Positions 34,755 to 44,701 of a stretch of DNA of 64,000 bases are shown here, piece by piece (within the stretch, counting starts at the first letter, position 1; every line of letters begins with the position of its first letter). Source of the DNA: an uncultured Bacteroidales bacterium (lineage in GTDB: Bacteria > Bacteroidota > Bacteroidia > Bacteroidales > UBA932); contig CAMNHL010000008.1 of assembly GCA_946539455.1 (NCBI GenBank), forward strand, positions 6,331 through 70,330. The letters run 5' to 3'. A program made the translations under genes and the position numbers. The notes beneath the pieces are model-generated. The model worked only from the letters and a program-made list of their open reading frames with translations, made no database searches and was not told the DNA's origin.

Positions 34755-34782
34755 TTGTTATACAATTTATATTATGTTAATA
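34755..34782 (+). other. dif-like XerC/XerD chromosome dimer resolution site
   Basis: TTGTTATACAA-TTTATA-TTATGTTAATA in 11-6-11 layout; right arm matches the first 9 of 11 bases of the E. coli XerD arm TTATGTTAAAT; intergenic; KOPS-like motifs converge here. Confidence 0.75.
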
Positions 34783-34853
34783 TGGATATATCGAAGACTG
34801 CCCTCCTCAAATAACTTACGAACAAGACCGAATTTTTTGTATATTTGTCAGCT

Positions 34854-36296
34854 ATGCCGAGAAACAAAAAACTTGACATCGTCGTAAACGACGTAGTAAT
34901 CGAAAACATCGCCGCCGAGGGCAAGGCAATTTCGCACGTCCGCCTTCCCGAGGACGACCCGCAGTCTGCCGGCAGGATTCTCTTTGTCGAGTTCGCCGTG
35001 CCCGGTGACGTTGTCGATGTACGTATAACCCGCAAGAAAAAGAGTTTTCTTGAAGGGCGCATCGTAAATATAAAAAAGCCTTCTGCTGACCGTCTGGAGC
35101 CATTCTGCAGTCATTTTGGAATCTGCGGCGGCTGTCGCTGGCAGCCTCTTCCCTACGCTATCCAGCTTGCAGCAAAACAGCGCCAGGTCTATGACCAGCT
35201 GACCCGCATCGGCCACCTGCAAGTCCCGGAATTCAATCCCATCATAGGCTCCGAAAAGACCATCGAATACCGTAACAAGCTGGAATTCAGCGCTTCCAAT
35301 AAACGATGGATACTCCCCGGCGAAGATCCTGAGAATCTTTCGGAGGAACAGAAATGCGGGCTTGGATTTCATGTCGGCAAGTTTTTCGACAAGGTTCTCG
35401 ATATAGACCGCTGCTATCTTCAGCGGGAACCGACCAACGAGATCCGGCTTTTCATAAAGGATTACGCAATACGCAACGGTCTGTCTTTCTACGATTTAAG
35501 AGAAAATAAAGGGCTTCTGCGCAACATGTTCGTGCGTACGGCAGTTGACGGCCAGGTGATGCTGATAGTGTGTTTTGGCGAGGACTCCCCTGCCATAAAG
35601 GGACTTCTGGACGCGATCTGCGAAAGATTCCCCGCTCTTACATCCCTTTATTACGTAATCAACACAAAAGGCAACGACAGCATCTCCGACCAGGAATGCA
35701 TTCTGTATCACGGCCAGGAGGCGATTTATGAACGTATGGAGAACCTGCGTTTCCGGATTGGCCCCAAATCCTTCTATCAGACCAATACAGGGCAAGCCCT
35801 CGAACTATATCGCAAGGCACGCGAATTCGCCGGCCTCACCGGGACGGAAACCGTTTACGACCTCTATACCGGCACAGGCACCATAGCACAGTTCGTAAGC
35901 GCCGGCGCATCAAAAGTCATCGGCATCGAATATGTTCCCGAGGCCATCGAAGACGCCCGGCAGAATGCCAGCGCCAACGGCATCGGCAACTGTGAATTCT
36001 TTGCCGGAGACATGAAAGACATTCTGACCGATTCTTTCATCGCGGAACATGGTTCGCCCGATGTGATGATAGTCGATCCGCCCCGCGCCGGCATGCACCC
36101 TGACGTTATTAAAACCATTCTGCGTGCCCGCCCGCGCCGCATTGTGTATGTAAGTTGCAATCCCGCTTCGCAGGCAAGGGACATCGCCGCCATGTCTGAG
36201 CGGTACAAAATCACCGCCGTGCAGCCGGTGGACATGTTCCCGCATACGATGCACGTAGAAAATATCTGTAAACTCGATTATTGTCATGCTGACTGA
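34854..36296 (+). CDS. rlmD: 23S rRNA m5U1939 methyltransferase
   Basis: TRAM domain, CSHFGICGGC, YRNKLEF, SFYQTN, DPPRAG, YVSCNP, DMFPHT. Confidence 0.95.
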   Translation: MPRNKKLDIVVNDVVIENIAAEGKAISHVRLPEDDPQSAGRILFVEFAVPGDVVDVRITRKKKSFLEGRIVNIKKPSADRLEPFCSHFGICGGCRWQPLPYAIQLAAKQRQVYDQLTRIGHLQVPEFNPIIGSEKTIEYRNKLEFSASNKRWILPGEDPENLSEEQKCGLGFHVGKFFDKVLDIDRCYLQREPTNEIRLFIKDYAIRNGLSFYDLRENKGLLRNMFVRTAVDGQVMLIVCFGEDSPAIKGLLDAICERFPALTSLYYVINTKGNDSISDQECILYHGQEAIYERMENLRFRIGPKSFYQTNTGQALELYRKAREFAGLTGTETVYDLYTGTGTIAQFVSAGASKVIGIEYVPEAIEDARQNASANGIGNCEFFAGDMKDILTDSFIAEHGSPDVMIVDPPRAGMHPDVIKTILRARPRRIVYVSCNPASQARDIAAMSERYKITAVQPVDMFPHTMHVENICKLDYCHAD

Positions 36297-37245
36297 TATA
36301 CTTTTACTTCTTCTCGGACTTGCCCTCATCATTTCCGGCGCTGAATGGCTCGTGGACGGAGCGTCTGCAATCGCACGCAAACTTCGCGTGAGCGAATTCG
36401 TAATCGGTCTCACCATCGTAGGTTTCGGAACTTCCTGCCCCGAACTGGTCGTGAGCCTCACGGGAGCAATCGCCGGCAATTCCGATATCTCCGTTGGTAA
36501 TGTAATAGGTTCCAATATCTTCAATACCCTGCTGATTCTTGGAGTTACCGCCCTTCTCGCGCCTATAGCAATTACCCGGAACAACCGCATGCGCGACATT
36601 CCCATGACCGTCCTCGTGAGTTTCCTGCTGGTATTCTGCGGCATGAGCCACTCCCTTTTCGGCTGGGGTGCGACAGATGGTCTTTCGAGAGTGGAAGGGA
36701 TTGTGTTTCTTGTGCTTTTCGCCATTTACATATATTACTGCTTCAAGAATGATGACGGCTCTTCACAAGAAGACGGGAGTGCCAGGGAACGGACTATGTT
36801 CATCGCCATAGTGCTTACTCTCGCCGGTCTTGCAGGACTGGTATTCGGAGGACGCTGGTTCGTCAATTCAGCCGTGCGCATAGCCGGAGCACTCGGCGTC
36901 AGCGACAAGTTCATCGCGATAACGCTGCTTGCCGGCGGCACTTCCCTTCCCGAACTGGCAGCCTGCGTAGTCGCCGCAGCCCGCAAGAAAGGACAACTCG
37001 CCCTTGGCAATATATTGGGGTCCAACATCTTTAACATACTTCTCATTCTTGGTGTCTCGGCAACAGTCAATCCCATCTCCTTCTCCGGTATCTCGATTGT
37101 TGACGTAGCTGTGCTCCTGTTGAGCGTAGTCATGGTCTGGCTCAGTTCCTACACTTTCAAGAAGGACCAGATAGACCGCTGGGAGGGAGCCATCTTTATT
37201 TCCACATTCATAGCATACTACGTTTGGCTTTTTATAAATCTCTGA
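36286..37245 (+). CDS. Calcium/sodium antiporter (YrbG/CaCA family)
   Basis: Two alpha repeats, GTSCPE...GNVIGSN and GTSLPE...GNILGSN. Confidence 0.93.
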   Translation: MLTDILLLLLGLALIISGAEWLVDGASAIARKLRVSEFVIGLTIVGFGTSCPELVVSLTGAIAGNSDISVGNVIGSNIFNTLLILGVTALLAPIAITRNNRMRDIPMTVLVSFLLVFCGMSHSLFGWGATDGLSRVEGIVFLVLFAIYIYYCFKNDDGSSQEDGSARERTMFIAIVLTLAGLAGLVFGGRWFVNSAVRIAGALGVSDKFIAITLLAGGTSLPELAACVVAAARKKGQLALGNILGSNIFNILLILGVSATVNPISFSGISIVDVAVLLLSVVMVWLSSYTFKKDQIDRWEGAIFISTFIAYYVWLFINL

Positions 37246-37249
37246 TACA

Positions 37250-38542
37250 ATGCAACTTCTGAAATTCAAGCCCACAGAATACCGCCTGCAGAACGTAAAG
37301 ACGGGACGGATTTTCGACGATGGTGGCTGGACTCTCTCCGACCCTGAATGTCTGGATCCGTCGCTGGTCCGTGCCGTTTATTCCGAGAGGATGTTCACTC
37401 CCCGCCACGAACTCAGGGGCCTGTACAGATACGCATCCTGGATGCCCATAAAGCGCACACTGCACGGATCTGCAGCTCCCGTCACATACAAATCCAAGGG
37501 TTTGGCCAAGTTCCTGGGACTCAATAACCTGTATATAACTTTCTCGGGTTACGCCCCCAAGATTGGAGCCAAGATGAAAACCTGCTCCTTCAAGGAGACC
37601 GAGGCCTATTCGGTCTGCGCAAGGATAGACCGCAAGGAGAAGCGGACCCTCATAGTGCAGTCCGCCGGCAACACGGCGCGGGCTTTTGCGCAGGTCTGCT
37701 CAGACAACGACATTCCGGTCGTAATCTGCATCCCCGAGGACAACAAGCACGACCTCTGGTTCCATCATCGCCTGAACAGATGCGTAAAGGTTATTTCCGT
37801 TCCTCACGGCTGCGATTATTTCGACGCCATCACTCTTGGCGAAAAGCTCGCCACCAGCCCTGACTTTTTCCTGGAAGGCGGAGCTAAAAACATCGCCAGA
37901 CGCGACGGCATGGGCACTACCCTGCTGAGCTTCGCAGAAAAAACCGGACGTATCCCCGACGCATATTTTCAGGCTGTCGGCTCAGGAACCGGCGCAATAG
38001 CGGCATGGGAAAACGCCCGTCGCCTTGAAGAGGACGGACGCTTCGGAGAGAACAAGATGCGCATCTACGTATCCCAGAACTCCCCTTTCACCCTGATTTA
38101 CGATTCCTGGAAGGCAGGGACACGCTCCCTTGCCGACCTTTCGCCGGAGGTGGGCCGCCGCAACTCGGAAGTCATTCTGGCAAAAGTCCTGTCGAACCGC
38201 AAACCGCCCTACGGCATAGCAGGAGGCTTGTTTGACGTCCTCAGCGAAAGCCACGGCGACGTGTTCCTCGCATCCAACGACGACATCGTATATTGGCTGC
38301 TGCAGTTCCGCAACCTGGAAGGCTACGACCTGCTTCCCGCAGCCTGCGTTGCCGTGTCATCGCTTGCCCAGGCCGTCAGGGATGGTATCGTCGGCAAGGA
38401 CGAATGCATAATGCTAAACTGCACGGGCGGAGGCATCCTTTCTTCCATGGGGCGCGGATACGTCCTCAAGGAGCCCGACCTTGTGCTCAGCCCGGATCTG
38501 CCTTCGGAAGAAATCGTAAGGCGGGTAAAGGCGATACTTTAG
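37250..38542 (+). CDS. Cysteate synthase (threonine-synthase-like PLP enzyme)
   Basis: TCSFKETEA (PLP Lys), SAGNTARAF, EGGAKNIARRDGMGT, YFQAVGSGTG, VLSNRKPPY, LNCTGGG. Confidence 0.82.
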   Translation: MQLLKFKPTEYRLQNVKTGRIFDDGGWTLSDPECLDPSLVRAVYSERMFTPRHELRGLYRYASWMPIKRTLHGSAAPVTYKSKGLAKFLGLNNLYITFSGYAPKIGAKMKTCSFKETEAYSVCARIDRKEKRTLIVQSAGNTARAFAQVCSDNDIPVVICIPEDNKHDLWFHHRLNRCVKVISVPHGCDYFDAITLGEKLATSPDFFLEGGAKNIARRDGMGTTLLSFAEKTGRIPDAYFQAVGSGTGAIAAWENARRLEEDGRFGENKMRIYVSQNSPFTLIYDSWKAGTRSLADLSPEVGRRNSEVILAKVLSNRKPPYGIAGGLFDVLSESHGDVFLASNDDIVYWLLQFRNLEGYDLLPAACVAVSSLAQAVRDGIVGKDECIMLNCTGGGILSSMGRGYVLKEPDLVLSPDLPSEEIVRRVKAIL

Positions 38543-39144
38543 AAATTAATCGCGAATCCGAGGTTTATCCCCCAATATTCGGCAAGGTTCCTTACTATTT
38601 GCGAAGCCTCTACACGGGCCCCGGTATCGGGGTCCGTTATCGTTTCGTGGTCGAGGGTCAGTACGAACGAAGCCAGGAAATCCACGCTGAGATGTTTGTA
38701 AACACCGACCCTGTAACCGCCCCCGAGATTGAGGCGCGCAGAAACGTCCAGCGGCTCCCGCACGGGAAAAGCAGCTGCAACGCCACCGTGGACCAGGGGC
38801 CCGGTCTTTTCGAGTCCCATCGGACACCAGCGTGTACGGAGTTCAGCCGGAATCATCCAGCGGCGTGAATACACTCCGATAAGCCCGGAATACAGAGAAA
38901 GATTGACCTTGCTGCCGATATCTATTCCGGCGTTTGCAAGCACGCCACCGTTTGAATAATACCACCATTCGGAGTCGTTTTCTATTATTCTCGAGCCGGC
39001 GCTGTAGATATAGTTGTGCTGATAGGTGCGCAGAAAAGTACCCGTATAACCCCATTCCAGGCCATAGGAGAACCGCGGGGTCCATGCCATCGTGGCAAGC
39101 GGCACCAGCAAAACGGCCGCAAGCATTAGGATTCGTTTGGTCAT
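38539..39144 (-). CDS. Small outer-membrane beta-barrel protein
   Basis: Signal peptide, alternating strands, C-terminal Phe (LGFAINF). Confidence 0.65.
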   Translation of the reverse strand: MTKRILMLAAVLLVPLATMAWTPRFSYGLEWGYTGTFLRTYQHNYIYSAGSRIIENDSEWWYYSNGGVLANAGIDIGSKVNLSLYSGLIGVYSRRWMIPAELRTRWCPMGLEKTGPLVHGGVAAAFPVREPLDVSARLNLGGGYRVGVYKHLSVDFLASFVLTLDHETITDPDTGARVEASQIVRNLAEYWGINLGFAINF

Positions 39145-39719
39145 AGGCGGAACAGGACGGTCAATTGCGGATACAGCAGCTGCATCCACCCATTGTTGAA
39201 AATACTTACGCTCGGGGCGAAATATCCGGATTCTTTTTCGTTGCGCCTCATGTGCACGCCAAGGTCGCCGGCAAAGGAAAGGTCGAGGCTGACAGGGCCG
39301 CCGAAGGAAAGGCGGCAGCCGGTATTGACGCTTACCGCCGCCATGATGCCTTCGTTGTCAGATACAAGGGAAACCAGGTCTATGCCACGCCCCTTGTCGT
39401 GGTCGCGCACATATCCGGCGGACACCCCGGGGCCGGCATAGAAGGTGAATCCGACGTCTCCCCTGCTGAAACGGCGCAGGACATACTCCCTGGAGACGTT
39501 GATGCGGAAGCCAGGATTGGAACAGCGGCCTGTAGCCACACCGTAAATATCGACGTACGCAGTGGCAGTGTGGAAGACATTCTGATGCTCCGCAAAGACT
39601 ACGGAAGCGCCAACGCCCTTTATCGAATTGAACAGACCGGCCGACACCTGAGCCCCCGCTGTAAGCTCGGAAAGGCCCAGGAACAGAACAAGCATGGCGG
39701 TATGAAGCTTGCCGTACAC
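39141..39719 (-). CDS. Small outer-membrane beta-barrel protein
   Basis: Signal peptide, FYAGPGVSAGY, YPQLTVLFRL; GTG start uncertain. Confidence 0.65.
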   Translation of the reverse strand: MYGKLHTAMLVLFLGLSELTAGAQVSAGLFNSIKGVGASVVFAEHQNVFHTATAYVDIYGVATGRCSNPGFRINVSREYVLRRFSRGDVGFTFYAGPGVSAGYVRDHDKGRGIDLVSLVSDNEGIMAAVSVNTGCRLSFGGPVSLDLSFAGDLGVHMRRNEKESGYFAPSVSIFNNGWMQLLYPQLTVLFRL

Positions 39720-39795
39720 ATCACGAAGGTACAGAAAACTTTGATTATATCCAATAAAAAGTCTATCTTAGCGGATGCAATTAAACCGATAACCT

Positions 39796-40929
39796 ATGTC
39801 AATCGAGATAAGAAAAATCGAGAGCCGCCGACAGCTGCGCGCCTTCGTGAATTTCCCCGAAAAGTTATACAGAAACAATCCTTATTATGTCCCGCCGCTG
39901 GTCTTCGACCAGATGGACACCCTGGACCAGAAGAAAGGCGCCGCGCAGGAATTCTGCAAATCGGCCCTTTATATGGCATACAAGGACGGTGAACCCGCAG
40001 GCCGCATCGCTGCGATCGTAAACTTCAAGGCAAACGAGCAGTGGAACCACAAGGAAGTGCGTTTCGGCTGGTTCGACTTCATCGACGACGCCGCCGTCGC
40101 CGACGCCCTCATGGAAAAGGTTTACGAATTCGGGCGCGAGTATGGGATGGAATCTGTCGTCGGGCCGCTCGGCTTTACCGATTTCGACCCCGAAGGCATG
40201 CTTATCGCCGGTTACGACCGCCTGAGCACCATGGCGCTCATATACAACTATCCCTACTACAACGAACATCTGGAGCGGATGGGCTTCGGCAAGGATACCG
40301 ACTGGGTCGAATACAAGCTGTTCATGGAAGAGAACCTTCCGGAACGTATGGAAAGAATCGCCAAGATCGTCCAGCAGCGCACCAACGTCCACGTCAAGAA
40401 GCTCGACCGCAGGATAGTGAAGAAGGAAGACTATGGCACCAAGCTTTTCAGGCTCATCAACGAATGTTATAAAGACCTCTATAACTTTACCGTCCTGCCC
40501 GACCACATGGCGAAAAAGTATCTCGACTTCTACCTCAGCATGCTCGATCTGCGCTATGTAGTGATGCTCGAGAACGACAAGGACGAACTCGTAGCCTTCG
40601 GCATCTCAATGCCCTCCATCGCCAGGGCGCTGCAGAAAAGCCGCGGCCGCCTGTTCCCGTTCGGATGGTGGCATCTGCTCAAATCCCTCTTCTGGAAGCA
40701 TGAGGAGGGTGTTGAAATGCTGCTGATAGGCGTACGTCCCGACTATCAGAACACCGGCATCAATACGCTCCTGTTCTACAATCTGTTCCCCTTCTACAAA
40801 TCGCAGGGAGTTAAGTGGGCGGAGACTAATGCCGTTCTGGAGACCAATGTCAAGAATCAGGGGCAGATGGAACAGTTCTCGCACGAGTGCGTCAAACGCC
40901 GCCGTTCGTATATCAAGAAACTTGTCTGA
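39796..40929 (+). CDS. GNAT-like protein (YghO family)
   Basis: VPPL, GRIAAI, FGWFDFIDD, GPLGF, YNYPYY, IGVRPDYQNTG. Confidence 0.8.
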   Translation: MSIEIRKIESRRQLRAFVNFPEKLYRNNPYYVPPLVFDQMDTLDQKKGAAQEFCKSALYMAYKDGEPAGRIAAIVNFKANEQWNHKEVRFGWFDFIDDAAVADALMEKVYEFGREYGMESVVGPLGFTDFDPEGMLIAGYDRLSTMALIYNYPYYNEHLERMGFGKDTDWVEYKLFMEENLPERMERIAKIVQQRTNVHVKKLDRRIVKKEDYGTKLFRLINECYKDLYNFTVLPDHMAKKYLDFYLSMLDLRYVVMLENDKDELVAFGISMPSIARALQKSRGRLFPFGWWHLLKSLFWKHEEGVEMLLIGVRPDYQNTGINTLLFYNLFPFYKSQGVKWAETNAVLETNVKNQGQMEQFSHECVKRRRSYIKKLV

Positions 40930-40931
40930 CG

Positions 40932-42245
40932 ATGCCTCAGACCTCCTACAGCACCCCTGGTATTCCGCTTCCGGAGAGGATGCGCCCCTACAAGCTGTCC
41001 GATTATGTAGGTCAGCAGCACCTTGTGGGGCCGGGATGCGTGCTGCGCAACATGATCGACAGCGGCAACCTGTCGTCTTTCATACTCTGGGGTCCTCCCG
41101 GAGTGGGTAAAACCACTCTGGCCAGCATCATAGCGCATACCCTCGACCGCGAGTTCTATACTCTCTCGGCCGTCACTTCGGGCGTCAAAGACGTAAGGGA
41201 GGTCATCGACAAGGCAAAGAACAAATCCCTCTTCTCTTCTGCCGCCGCCCCCATACTGTTCATCGACGAAATCCACAGGTTCAACAAAGCCCAGCAGGAC
41301 GCTTTGCTGGGGGCCGTCGAAGCGGGAACCGTAGTGCTTGTCGGCGCGACTACCGAGAACCCTTCGTTCGAGGTTATCTCGCCCCTTCTGTCGCGTTGCC
41401 AGGTATTTGTGCTAAAGTCTCTTGGGGCAGATGACCTTAAAGAACTATTGAACCGCGCCACAAGTACCGACCCCATTCTACGCGAAAAGCATGTAGTCCT
41501 CTCGCAGACCGATGCCCTGCTGCGGCAGAGCGGCGGAGACGCACGCAAGCTGCTCAACATACTCGAAATCGTTGCGGATGCCACCCCTGCGTCTGCAGAC
41601 GGATCCGTGGTCATCGACAACAATGCCGTCAACGATTGCCTCCAGGAGAATATGGCAGTCTATGACAAGGACGGCGAGATGCACTACGACATCATATCCG
41701 CATTCATCAAATCCGTGCGCGGCTCCGACCCCAACGCCGCCGTGTATTGGATGGCGAGGATGCTTTCCGGAGGCGAAGACCCGCTTTTCATCGCCAGGCG
41801 TCTCTGCATCCTTGCCGCAGAAGATATAGGTCTGGCAAATCCAAACGCGCTCCTGCTTGCGGACGCCACATTCCGTATCGTCCACTCCATAGGAATGCCC
41901 GAGGCGCGCATTCCCTTGAGCGAATGTGCCGTATATCTCGCCTCCTCCCCCAAGAGCAATTCTGCCTACATGGCCATCGACAGTGCGATGAGTGCAGTAC
42001 AGGAAGACAAGACAGCACCTGTTCCCCTGTACCTGCGCAACGCACCCACTTCCCTTATGAAGGAACTTGGCTATGCCGACGGTTATAAATATGCACACGA
42101 CTTCCAGGGCCACTTCGTAGATCAGGAATTCATGCCCGAAAGCATGAGCGGCCGGGTGTTCTACGAGCCCCAGCCAAACGCCCAGGAAGATCGTCTGAAA
42201 TCGTATCTGCAGGCCTGCTGGCCAAAATATTATACCAAGAAATGA
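40932..42245 (+). CDS. rarA: Replication-associated recombination protein A (RarA/MgsA)
   Basis: PLPERMRP, GPPGVGKT, DEIHRFNKAQQD, ATTENPSF, SAFIKSVRGSD, YKYAHD. Confidence 0.96.
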   Translation: MPQTSYSTPGIPLPERMRPYKLSDYVGQQHLVGPGCVLRNMIDSGNLSSFILWGPPGVGKTTLASIIAHTLDREFYTLSAVTSGVKDVREVIDKAKNKSLFSSAAAPILFIDEIHRFNKAQQDALLGAVEAGTVVLVGATTENPSFEVISPLLSRCQVFVLKSLGADDLKELLNRATSTDPILREKHVVLSQTDALLRQSGGDARKLLNILEIVADATPASADGSVVIDNNAVNDCLQENMAVYDKDGEMHYDIISAFIKSVRGSDPNAAVYWMARMLSGGEDPLFIARRLCILAAEDIGLANPNALLLADATFRIVHSIGMPEARIPLSECAVYLASSPKSNSAYMAIDSAMSAVQEDKTAPVPLYLRNAPTSLMKELGYADGYKYAHDFQGHFVDQEFMPESMSGRVFYEPQPNAQEDRLKSYLQACWPKYYTKK

Positions 42246-43483
42246 ATCCCGGGCCATCCACTCACGAGGTACTCGAAACAGCATCGCTGGCAGGACATAT
42301 CCTGCTGGAAAACGGTGCGGAAATAGCCCGCGTGGAAGAAACGATGGAGCGTATATCGGGTCACTACGACATAGGTTCCAGCAACTTCTTCGTACTGTCC
42401 AACGGCATTTTCACAACGGGGCACGACAATTTCGCGAAGGTTGAATTCATTCCGTTCAAAGGTGCCCAGCTCGAGCGTGTCGTGGCGGTCAATCAAGTGT
42501 CCCGCGACATCTGTGCCGACAAGTTCGAAAGCCTCGCGCAGGCAAGGGAGCGTCTTCAGTCCATCCGTTCCACGCGGAAGTCTCCCCTGGAGCAGATCAT
42601 CGGCTCTGCGATAGGCAGCGCCGGTTTCTGCGTCATATTCGGAGGTTCGCTTTTCGACGCCGCAGCCGCCTTTGTAATCGGTGCCCTGCTGTGGGTTTTC
42701 GTGCTTCTTGTTTCTGCGCCCTACATGACAAAACTGGTGGGCAATATAGCGGGAGGCGCCTTTGGCACGATGCTCTGCATCATTTTCCACCACTTGGGTT
42801 TTGGTCAGAGCCTCGGCAACATGATAGTCGGTTCACTGATTCCCCTCATCCCCGGAGTCTCCTTCGTGAACGGAATCAGAGACCTTGCCAACGAAGACTA
42901 CATCGCCGGAATAACACGCATAGAAGATGCGATACTGGTGTTCCTGAGCATCGCCATGGGAGTAACGCTTACCTTCCTGGCGGACAGTTGGATAGAGGGT
43001 GCGATGCTGGTAGTGAACGGCACGGAACCCGATGCCTTCACCTCATCTCTCCCCTGCCAGATGACGGCTGCCTTCCTGGGAGCGCTCGGGTTTGCCATTC
43101 TCTTCGGCGTTCCACGAAAGTACTACGTCTCCAGTTCGCTGAGCGCTACGCTCGGCTGGGCATTGATAATCATTTCACTGCCTCTCGGCTGGGGCACGGC
43201 GACATTTATCGGAGCAATCGCGGTTGCCGTCAGTTCGCGTTTCCTTGCGGTCTGGTTCAAGGCTCCCGAAACCATATTCCTCATTACCGGCATCTTCCCG
43301 ATGGTGCCGGGAGGCGGCATATTCTGGACAGCCCTGTTCATTGTGACGACACGTATGCACGACGCCCTGGCTTCGGGGTGGCTTGCACTCAAGATAATGG
43401 TAGCGATAGTGCTGGCGATAGTTTTGGTATCCCAAATACCTTCCGGAGTATTCCGGATATTCAGTCCAAAGTCAAAAGTATGA
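42242..43483 (+). CDS. Threonine/serine exporter family protein (fused ThrE + ThrE_2)
   Basis: LLENGAEIARVEET, IPLIPG, FPMVPGG; about 10 TM helices. Confidence 0.88.
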   Translation: MNPGPSTHEVLETASLAGHILLENGAEIARVEETMERISGHYDIGSSNFFVLSNGIFTTGHDNFAKVEFIPFKGAQLERVVAVNQVSRDICADKFESLAQARERLQSIRSTRKSPLEQIIGSAIGSAGFCVIFGGSLFDAAAAFVIGALLWVFVLLVSAPYMTKLVGNIAGGAFGTMLCIIFHHLGFGQSLGNMIVGSLIPLIPGVSFVNGIRDLANEDYIAGITRIEDAILVFLSIAMGVTLTFLADSWIEGAMLVVNGTEPDAFTSSLPCQMTAAFLGALGFAILFGVPRKYYVSSSLSATLGWALIIISLPLGWGTATFIGAIAVAVSSRFLAVWFKAPETIFLITGIFPMVPGGGIFWTALFIVTTRMHDALASGWLALKIMVAIVLAIVLVSQIPSGVFRIFSPKSKV

Positions 43484-44025
43484 ATGTCATAAAAACTCCC
43501 ATCCCCGGACTTGTAATCATTGAGCCAAGCGTTTTCAAGGACGAGCGCGGCTATTTCTTCGAAAGTTTTTCTCAGAGACGTTTCTGCGAGATGGTTGCCC
43601 CCATCGAATTCGTGCAGGACAACGAAAGCAAATCTGTACGCAATGTGGTGCGCGGTTTGCACTTCCAGAAACCTCCCTACGCCCAGTCCAAACTGGTCCG
43701 TTGCGTACGGGGCCGGGTTCTCGATGTGGTTGTGGACATACGCAGGGACTCTCCCACTTTCGGCAAGCATTTCGGTGCGGTTCTGAGCGAGGAGAATCAC
43801 CTTCAACTGTTTATTCCAAAGGGTTTTGCACATGGATTCGCAGTGCTCAGCGACACCGCCGTGTTCCAATACAAGTGCGATGAGTATTACCACCCCGAAT
43901 CCGAATCCGGAATCCAGGCGCTCGACCCTGCCCTTGGTATTGATTGGCTGATTCCGGCAGACGAAGCTATCCTGTCCGAAAAAGACCGGGTGCGCCCCTG
44001 CCTGACTCCCGACGACGCAATCTAG
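43480..44025 (+). CDS. rfbC: dTDP-4-dehydrorhamnose 3,5-epimerase
   Basis: DERGYFFE, QDNES, RGLHFQ, DIRRDSPTFG, GFAHGF; true start is ATG 43480, overlapping the upstream stop. Confidence 0.95.
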   Translation: MNVIKTPIPGLVIIEPSVFKDERGYFFESFSQRRFCEMVAPIEFVQDNESKSVRNVVRGLHFQKPPYAQSKLVRCVRGRVLDVVVDIRRDSPTFGKHFGAVLSEENHLQLFIPKGFAHGFAVLSDTAVFQYKCDEYYHPESESGIQALDPALGIDWLIPADEAILSEKDRVRPCLTPDDAI

Positions 44026-44026
44026 T

Positions 44027-44689
44027 TTAATACTGCCTTTCTCCGAATATGGCTGTGCCTATCCGGACGATGGTGGCACCGTATTCAAGCGCAATGCGCC
44101 AGTCTCCCGACATGCCGATAGACAGCTCCCTGAAATCGGCATTCTCGGGGAAAAGGTCGCGCAGATAGTCCCAAAAGGCTTTTATCCGCCCAAAATCGGC
44201 ACGTATGTCTTCTTCGTTGTCGGTATTGGTGGCCATTCCCATGAGGCCGCAGAAGCGGATGTTCCTGAATGATGAAGACCGGAACAGGATATCGAGTATC
44301 TCTTCCTCGTAAAACCCTTGTTTGCTTTCTTCTGCGGCGACATGCAGCTCGAGCAGGACTGGTATAGTCCTGTCGTTCTTTGCCCCCCAATCGTTTATGG
44401 CATCGAGAAGGTGCGCAGAATCGACTGATTGTACAAGGTCGGCATACGGGAGGACCATCTTGAGCTTGTTCGTCTGCAGATGACCTATGAAATGCCACTC
44501 TATTCCCCTGCCGCTGAGGGCAATTGCCTTCTTTTCGAACTCCTGCGGGCGGTTTTCGCCGAAAACGCTCTGACCTGCGGAAATAGCCTCCTCGATGGCC
44601 TCTGCAGGGTGAAACTTCGAAACTGCCACCAGCTTTACGGCTGATGGCAGTTCGTTCTTGATTTGTAGCAAGTTGCTTGTGATGCTCAC
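44027..44689 (-). CDS. yggS: PLP homeostasis protein YggS
   Basis: LVAVSK, FGENRPQE, WHFIGHLQTNK, LSIGMSGD, RIGTAIFG. Confidence 0.95.
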   Translation of the reverse strand: MSITSNLLQIKNELPSAVKLVAVSKFHPAEAIEEAISAGQSVFGENRPQEFEKKAIALSGRGIEWHFIGHLQTNKLKMVLPYADLVQSVDSAHLLDAINDWGAKNDRTIPVLLELHVAAEESKQGFYEEEILDILFRSSSFRNIRFCGLMGMATNTDNEEDIRADFGRIKAFWDYLRDLFPENADFRELSIGMSGDWRIALEYGATIVRIGTAIFGERQY

Positions 44690-44701
44690 GACAGAAGGAT
44701 A

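Noticed and set aside
42691-43479. Long N-terminal extension of RfbC in the ORF track (444 aa)
   Set aside because: It is an alternative frame inside the thrE-like gene; RfbC homology begins at ATG 43480.
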